A DNA stretch of 64,000 nucleotides from a virus. Its lineage: Duplodnaviria; Caudoviricetes. Below the pieces are notes generated by a model. That model worked only from the letters and a program-made list of their open reading frames with translations, was not told the DNA's origin and ran no database searches. A program made the position numbers and the translations under genes. The stretch is taken from the IMG/VR virus record IMGVR_UViG_3300028048_001169, positions 32,001 to 96,000 of that record. One strand, given 5' to 3'. How positions within the stretch are numbered: position 1 is the stretch's first letter; each line of letters opens with the position of its first letter. Of this stretch, positions 58,405 to 64,000 are shown piece by piece.

Positions 58405-58601
58405 TGAGAAATATGGATCAATATTCACTTATAGTAAATATCATTTTAGGATTAATCATTGCATGTATTCTTCTTATAGCTGGGGTTCCTCTCAGCCGTA
58501 AGAAGAAAACTGTGCATGATCTTCTCTTACATATGCTACCGTTTTCTATCGTAGCATTTATTGTGTTAATTTTTGTACTAAAACAATTACTTGGTGTTTA
58601 A
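58404..58601 (+). CDS. Small two-TM membrane protein
   Basis: TAATG coupling, hydrophobic. Confidence 0.65.
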   Translation: MRNMDQYSLIVNIILGLIIACILLIAGVPLSRKKKTVHDLLLHMLPFSIVAFIVLIFVLKQLLGV

Positions 58602-58613
58602 GGAGAATATAAT

Positions 58614-59141
58614 ATGAGCGATACACATACAATTGTAATAGATCATGAAATTGTACAGAGATCTAATATTGAAATTGGTAAGAGTAAACAAGTCATTGTT
58701 TGTCTAGAAGAAATATCAGAATTTCTTCAGGCATATATTGCTGTTAGAAATATACCAATTTCTATCATGGAAGAATTAGAAAGTGTTAGAAAAGTATTGA
58801 TTGATAATCTTGCTGAAGAGATTGCTGATGTACTTGTATGCTTTGATATTCTAAATGATATTTATCCTTGTACACATTTTATCTTCGATGTACCTAAGAA
58901 TTTTGGTAGTATGTCTAATTTGAAGATTATACTTTCTGCTTTAGCTATGCAGAAAGCTATATCAAAAGTATATAGACAAAGAGTAGATACTACACATGAT
59001 ATGGAATTATATGGAAATAATTTACTTCAGAATCTATTTAAAGTCGCAGAATATTATGGAATTACAGATGAATGTATCAATAGTATTATTCATGAAAAAC
59101 AATTGCGTACAGTAAGAAGATTAAACGGAGAAGAATTTTAA
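58614..59141 (+). CDS. MazG-like nucleotide pyrophosphohydrolase
   Basis: EEISEF...LAEEIADV. Confidence 0.6.
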   Translation: MSDTHTIVIDHEIVQRSNIEIGKSKQVIVCLEEISEFLQAYIAVRNIPISIMEELESVRKVLIDNLAEEIADVLVCFDILNDIYPCTHFIFDVPKNFGSMSNLKIILSALAMQKAISKVYRQRVDTTHDMELYGNNLLQNLFKVAEYYGITDECINSIIHEKQLRTVRRLNGEEF

Positions 59142-59153
59142 AATATTTTTCAA

Positions 59154-59164
59154 TCATATATTAT
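59154..59164 (+). promoter_or_regulatory. Early-type promoter TCATATATTAT
   Basis: Exact copy. Confidence 0.75.
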
Positions 59165-59205
59165 TATTATGATATAGGAAACTTGTTTTAGAATAGGAGA
59201 AACAA

Positions 59206-59817
59206 ATGGGTCGATTTGAAGATTTGGGAAAGGGTATACTACCGCACAGTCCATTTATAAAAGTGGATAAAGATGAAAAGATTAAACCGCTTTATAAAAT
59301 AGACGAGCAAATTAATACGGAAAGACGATATGTCATTACTAAAGCAACTGATCATGGTCGATTTGTTCGTAATGGTTTATTGTATTTCAATATGAAAGGC
59401 ATTGAAATTTATACGGATTTGAACAATGCTATTTTTGTAGATGAAATCAATGACAGTGTAACAGTTAAAGACTATGAGAATGCATTGGATGCTATTACAC
59501 CAGATGAAGATCCAGAACTACGTCAGTATGTCATCATGATGTATTGTGATGATGATGTAGAAGCAATGGGATATTCTAAGTATAATTGGGCATCAATGAC
59601 AGGTCGTTCTATGATGTATGATTATATCAAGGATAATATTGATATTATGTATATGAACCCAGATAAGAGTTTTATACTAACAGCAAATGTACCTCTAAAA
59701 GATGCACTTTCTGTAACTCAATTTGTTGATTATCTTAAGAATGGTAACCTAGTACCAGAAGATAATTTTGATATCCATGATTACATTGTAGACGATGTAG
59801 AGGAGGATGAATCGTAA
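59206..59817 (+). CDS. Hypothetical early protein
   Basis: AGGAG RBS. Confidence 0.75.
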   Translation: MGRFEDLGKGILPHSPFIKVDKDEKIKPLYKIDEQINTERRYVITKATDHGRFVRNGLLYFNMKGIEIYTDLNNAIFVDEINDSVTVKDYENALDAITPDEDPELRQYVIMMYCDDDVEAMGYSKYNWASMTGRSMMYDYIKDNIDIMYMNPDKSFILTANVPLKDALSVTQFVDYLKNGNLVPEDNFDIHDYIVDDVEEDES

Positions 59818-60248
59818 TGGCAGTTAAAAACTACTTTACTTTTATGGAAGAACGATATAATTCTCAGGATTTTGTTCATTATCTAAAACCTGATCAGATT
59901 CAGAAATATGCAAAGAATCGTATTTTCTATGAGATGTTTCGAGGAGATATTGATTATTCCAAATATGGTCATTATTATATTGATCCTAAGTTTTTGGAGA
60001 ATATAATCGTTGCTGCCCAAGATGAACTTATTAATAATACAACAATATACAATGCTTTAGTTGTATACGATAATGCATATCCTGGAGATCAGAATGTTAT
60101 AAAACTTCGTATTCGCTACAGCAGCTTAGCATATGTATATAACGTATTAGTTCAGAAATTAGTGAATGTTAAGGTTACTGGTAATATCGGTTTTATTACC
60201 GATATTCAATATGTCTTAGCAAGCTATAAACCACTGTTTACGAGTTAG
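59817..60248 (+). CDS. Hypothetical protein
   Basis: GAGGAGG RBS, TAATG coupling. Confidence 0.75.
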   Translation: MAVKNYFTFMEERYNSQDFVHYLKPDQIQKYAKNRIFYEMFRGDIDYSKYGHYYIDPKFLENIIVAAQDELINNTTIYNALVVYDNAYPGDQNVIKLRIRYSSLAYVYNVLVQKLVNVKVTGNIGFITDIQYVLASYKPLFTS

Positions 60249-60258
60249 GAGGTTCGTA

Positions 60259-60702
60259 ATGGAAAAGGCAGTTCTCGAAAAATTTATCGGAGATCTAAAG
60301 ACAGCAAACATTGATCATTGGAATTTACGTTTTGAAGGTGGTAACCGTACCATTGGTCATGATTCTCAGACATGTTGTTTGGCACTATTGGATGATTATG
60401 TATTAGGAATTGAGACTAATAATAACTATGGTTCTACAACAGGTAGTTTTAACTTTAAAGCAATTCCATATGATAATATTGATACTGCATCTAGTTATAG
60501 TCTTAGTACAGCAGAGGCTGTAGCTTTTGCTAAAGCTGCTGGTATTTATAATGATGAAGTAGAGGAACTTATTAAAGCTTATGGTGGCAAAGTATCAATT
60601 CATCCAGGTACCGGTGGATATGGCGAGATCAAAGATAGCAAAGGTAATGTTATTATTGAACCAGGACTTCCTGGTCGAGTAACAACCGGTACAACTGTGT
60701 AA
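60259..60702 (+). CDS. Hypothetical protein
   Basis: AGGAGG RBS. Confidence 0.75.
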   Translation: MEKAVLEKFIGDLKTANIDHWNLRFEGGNRTIGHDSQTCCLALLDDYVLGIETNNNYGSTTGSFNFKAIPYDNIDTASSYSLSTAEAVAFAKAAGIYNDEVEELIKAYGGKVSIHPGTGGYGEIKDSKGNVIIEPGLPGRVTTGTTV

Positions 60703-60798
60703 TTAAATATTATTTTACGTACATACTAGTACAGTAAAAAATACTGGACAGTATTTTTGCATTTTTGTCTAAAAATGGCAAAGTAAAAATATTTTCAG

Positions 60799-60809
60799 TC
60801 ATATATTAT
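60799..60809 (+). promoter_or_regulatory. Early-type promoter TCATATATTAT
   Basis: Exact copy; a TACA-N6-TA also lies at 60720-60731. Confidence 0.8.
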
Positions 60810-60875
60810 AACTAGGATATAGGAAACATATTATACATCAAAACAGAGTATATAGTATTAAGGAGGAAATTAAAA

Positions 60876-61799
60876 ATGATGTACGAAAACAATCAGCAGA
60901 TGCCAGGAGCTCAGTGGGGTAACTATAACATTGGAAATGCAGGAATGCAGTTCGGTGGTGTAAATTATAATCAGGCTCCGCAGCAGAAGAACGTATTAAC
61001 AGCAGAAGAGATCTCTATGCTTATGAAGAAGGAGAATCAGTTTACACTGGTACTCTCTGAGACAGACAAGCTTAAGGCTTTCTGCACACATAAGCTTCCG
61101 CAGCCAAAGCCAGATGGAACTAATGATTCATTAGTAGATAATCCAGATGGAACTTGCACATGCTCTATTTGCGGATATACATTCAGACCGATCAATGCTG
61201 GTGTATCTACAGAGGAGCTTAATGAAGCTGTTAGCGCAGTTCTTGATGTTCTTCAGACAATCAAGATGATCTGGATCGATATTGATCCTAAGGTAGTAAG
61301 AGAATATTTCCAGATCATTCCATTACTGGAGAAGATCCCACATCTGTTCGATATTGCTGTTAAGAATTATTCTAAGCATGAGAACTTCAATCCATATTAT
61401 CAGGGTAATGATTCTATGGGAACAATGCAGGTATTCTCTATGCTTAGTGGAATGCTTAATGGACAGAATCCAGGCGGATTCCAGCAGCCTCAGATGAATC
61501 CACAGATGAATATGGGTGGATATTATCAGCAGCCAGTACAGCCACAGCCAATGGCTCAGCCATATGCAGCTAACGGATTCCAGAGTAATGGATTTGGATA
61601 TGCTGGTCCACAGGCAGGATATCAGCCACAGACAGCAGGATATCAGACAACATATGGTCAGCCACAGCCACAGGCAGTTGCACCACAGCAGCCAGTAACT
61701 CCACAGCCACAGGTTCCACCAACAAAGGTCGTTGATTCTACAGCAACAGAAGTAAAGACATCTGATGGTAATACCGTAACTGCTGAGTTCAAAGCATAA
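60876..61799 (+). CDS. Probably highly expressed early Zn-ribbon protein with Q/P/G/Y low-complexity ends
   Basis: CTH...CTCSICG; strong codon bias; AAGGAGG RBS. Confidence 0.8.
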   Translation: MMYENNQQMPGAQWGNYNIGNAGMQFGGVNYNQAPQQKNVLTAEEISMLMKKENQFTLVLSETDKLKAFCTHKLPQPKPDGTNDSLVDNPDGTCTCSICGYTFRPINAGVSTEELNEAVSAVLDVLQTIKMIWIDIDPKVVREYFQIIPLLEKIPHLFDIAVKNYSKHENFNPYYQGNDSMGTMQVFSMLSGMLNGQNPGGFQQPQMNPQMNMGGYYQQPVQPQPMAQPYAANGFQSNGFGYAGPQAGYQPQTAGYQTTYGQPQPQAVAPQQPVTPQPQVPPTKVVDSTATEVKTSDGNTVTAEFKA

Positions 61800-61993
61800 T
61801 ATCATTCTTTAAGAGTAGCGCTACTTAAAGATTAAAGAAATTATATTAGGAAATAACTTTTTGGAAATGAACGAGTGATCCTAGGAATCACTAAAGTAAG
61901 AGTTGGGCGTCTTACAAGATCAAAGTATTTAGTCCATCCAAACTTCCTATATCAAGTTATATCCTAGTATACTCCTTATGCCAAATGAAATAT

Positions 61994-62030
61994 ACCATGT
62001 AGCCAGTAAGAGCTACATGGTTTTTATTTG
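61994..62030 (+). terminator. Intrinsic terminator
   Basis: ACCATGTAGC-8nt-GCTACATGGT plus T-run. Confidence 0.8.
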
Positions 62031-62202
62031 GTTATTATTTTATTTTTTGTTAGCTAGTATAATAACACTATTAGTATTGTCTCTCTTATCATAAACTAAC
62101 ATTACTTTGGTTGAATTCGTCAATTCTCCGATTGAAAATATATTATCAAAAAGAAACTTTAATCTTGATACTAAATGCATTAAAATGCAAAATGAAATTC
62201 AA

Positions 62203-62213
62203 TCATATATTAT
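62203..62213 (+). promoter_or_regulatory. Early-type promoter TCATATATTAT
   Basis: Exact copy. Confidence 0.75.
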
Positions 62214-62337
62214 ATAATAAAGGAGGTAAAGTGAAAATGCAAAACAAAGTATATTTTTAAAAATAATCATAACCTAACTTTTAGTATAATGACGCTAATC
62301 ATCAAGGTTAAGAGTATATTGTAGAAAGGAACGGAAA

Positions 62338-63723
62338 ATGCCGAAGAAACTCACACAAGAAGAAATTCAGGCAATTGATAATTATTCAAATGAAATCAAG
62401 AAGTTTAAAGATTTCCAGACTGGTGTTAGAAATAGACCGGGTATGTATATTGGATCTCTTCAGAATAAAGGATTAAGATCTAGTATCAAAGAAATCTTTC
62501 AGAATGCAATTGACCAGATGCTAGATGATACCAGTCCATGTAATCATGTATCTTTAACCTATAATCAGATTACAAAAGAAGTTACCGTTACTGATAATGG
62601 TAAAGGTATTCCTGTAGATAAAGTTATTGAGATTATGACATCCTTACATACATCAAAGAACTTTAAGAAAGAGCCTTATCAGTATTCAGCAGGTACATAT
62701 GGTATGGGTGCTAGTATTGTAAATGCTTTAAGTACTTTATTTATAGTAGAATCATATAAGTATGATGGTACTGCTTATAGGATAGAATTCTCCAAAGGAT
62801 ATCCTAAAACAAATGCACCAAAGCCAATTAAGAATAAGGAGCACTTACAAGGTACAAAGATTTATTTTATTCCAGATGAAACAATCTTTGGTGAGATGAC
62901 ACTTGATTGGAAATATATCTATAAATTTGCTAAAGTCTTAATGTCATTGACTCCAATAAAGGAAGTACCAGGAGAATTAGATTTCTATGCTATTGATGAT
63001 AAAGGTGTAAAGCATCATGAGCATATTGTGAATAAAGATGGTTTATCTACCATATTAATTATGAAGGATATTAAACCTATCAATATTCCAATTACTTGCT
63101 TTGCTGATAGTGGTATCTGTAGAATAGAAACAGTCTTCTGTTATGATTCTGGAGATGCAAATGGTCCAGGTGATTTGAATGTAGAATCATATGCTAACTG
63201 GTCTCCTACTATGGGTGGTACTCATGTAGATGGAGTATTAGAAGGAATATCAAAATGGTTCTGTTCTTATATGAATAATATTTATTTAGCAGGTGCTGCT
63301 AAGAATAATAAGAAAAAGAAACCATTACGTGTAACACCAGCTGATACAAAAACTGGACTTAATATAGTAATTCATGGTGCCCATCTATATCCAGAATATT
63401 CAGCTCAGGCAAAAGAAGTATTATCAAATCCAGATATGCAAGAATTTGCTAGAGATGCTGTAATGAAAGGATTAGATACTTGGGCAAAACAAAATCCAAA
63501 AGATTTATCAATTCTTTCTAAATATCTAAAAGATATTGCTGAATTAAGAATGAAAGAATCTGGTGAAAAAGCAAAGATCGCCAATAAATATACATCAAAC
63601 GTTTTAACAGGATATCCGAGAAAATTTGCTAAACCTCTAAAAGAGAAAAAAGAATTTATAATCGTGGAAGGTGATTCCGCGGCTGGAACGGTTAAAAAAG
63701 GAAGAGATGTAAACTGCCAAGGT
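62338..63723 (+). CDS. gyrB: Type IIA topoisomerase/gyrase B subunit, exon 1
   Basis: RPGMYIG, EIFQNAID, DNGKGIP, GTYGMG, GGTHVDG, IVEGDSA; similarity stops at CQG where the intron begins. Confidence 0.9.
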
Positions 63724-64000
63724 AAACTGATGCCCCATATTATAGCAATATAGTATGTGTAGATTTTTGAATTGCTGGGAAAGGCTAAGGCTCTCTTGCC
63801 TATATGGAGACGAAAGTCAGAAACAAGTAGAGAGATGATATATGGTGAAATAAAAGCCATTGAGTCTAATCAACCCAATGGTCCTAAGTATTGTGATAAT
63901 GTTTGATCAGCAGCTAAGATTTTGTATTTATTTAAGGCTGTAATAAATATAAAATAAAGTTCAACGACTATCCCGTATAACGGATGTGAAAATCATCAAT
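63724..64000 (+). mobile_element. Group I intron (5' part; continues beyond the window)
   Basis: Exon ends in U (GGT); P element GAATTGCTGGGAA at about 63769-63781, Q ATCAGCAG at about 63906-63913, R GTTCAACGACTA at 63959-63970. Confidence 0.88.

Noticed and set aside
61800-61990. Hammerhead or other known small ribozyme
   Set aside because: Conserved cores such as CTGATGA...GAAA were not found
62041-62200. Further anti-RBS sRNA (TATTGTCTCTCTT versus 10601-10613; TCTCCG loop)
   Set aside because: No clear promoter-terminator pair; a match of this length is plausible by chance
63724-63753. gyrB truncated at 471 aa (pseudogene)
   Set aside because: Explained by group I intron insertion
1048-63860. 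Many short ORFs antisense or out of frame to long genes (e.g., 1048-1467, 2441-2785, 19030-19515, 48457-48870, 61323-61805, 63405-63860)
   Set aside because: No RBS, fully nested in well-supported genes, composition typical of shadow frames
1-64000. CRISPR array, IS/transposase, integrase, reverse transcriptase
   Set aside because: No regularly spaced repeats or recognisable catalytic motifs seen
1-64000. Stop-codon reassignment as in some gut jumbo phages
   Set aside because: Genes are full length in the standard code and end in TAA, TAG and TGA followed by RBSs or terminators

Overview
AT-rich, gene-dense segment of a jumbo myophage of the phiKZ/AR9(PBS1)-like lineage. Strong AGGAGG-type RBSs suggest a Firmicutes host. 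It encodes virion assembly genes (terminase large subunit, portal, tail sheath, tube, gp25-like wedge, a tail chaperone with a -1 frameshift) and pieces of phage multisubunit RNA polymerases with a probable sigma-like subunit. Replication and recombination genes include a split family-B DNA polymerase, primase, Dda-like helicase, RusA, an SSB-like protein and a GyrB-like topoisomerase interrupted by a group I intron. There is also a GroEL-like chaperonin and nucleotide enzymes (dCMP deaminase, a dUTPase with an Asp-to-Glu change in motif III, dNMP kinase, NDT-like, MazG-like). Two phage promoter classes can be read directly: TCATATATTAT (10 exact intergenic copies, all + strand) and NACA-N6-TA (AR9 late-type). 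Mapping them exposes an unannotated RNA layer: a convergent pair of short RNAs at 42.9-43.0 kb complementary to ribosome-binding leaders elsewhere in the window (notably DNA polymerase), early transcripts whose 5' leaders are complementary to their own 3' ends, a tRNA-like RNA with a UUCG tetraloop replacing the anticodon loop, and a promoter firing into an A-rich tract that looks like an R-loop origin. All protein calls come from motif recognition by eye; no searches were run.
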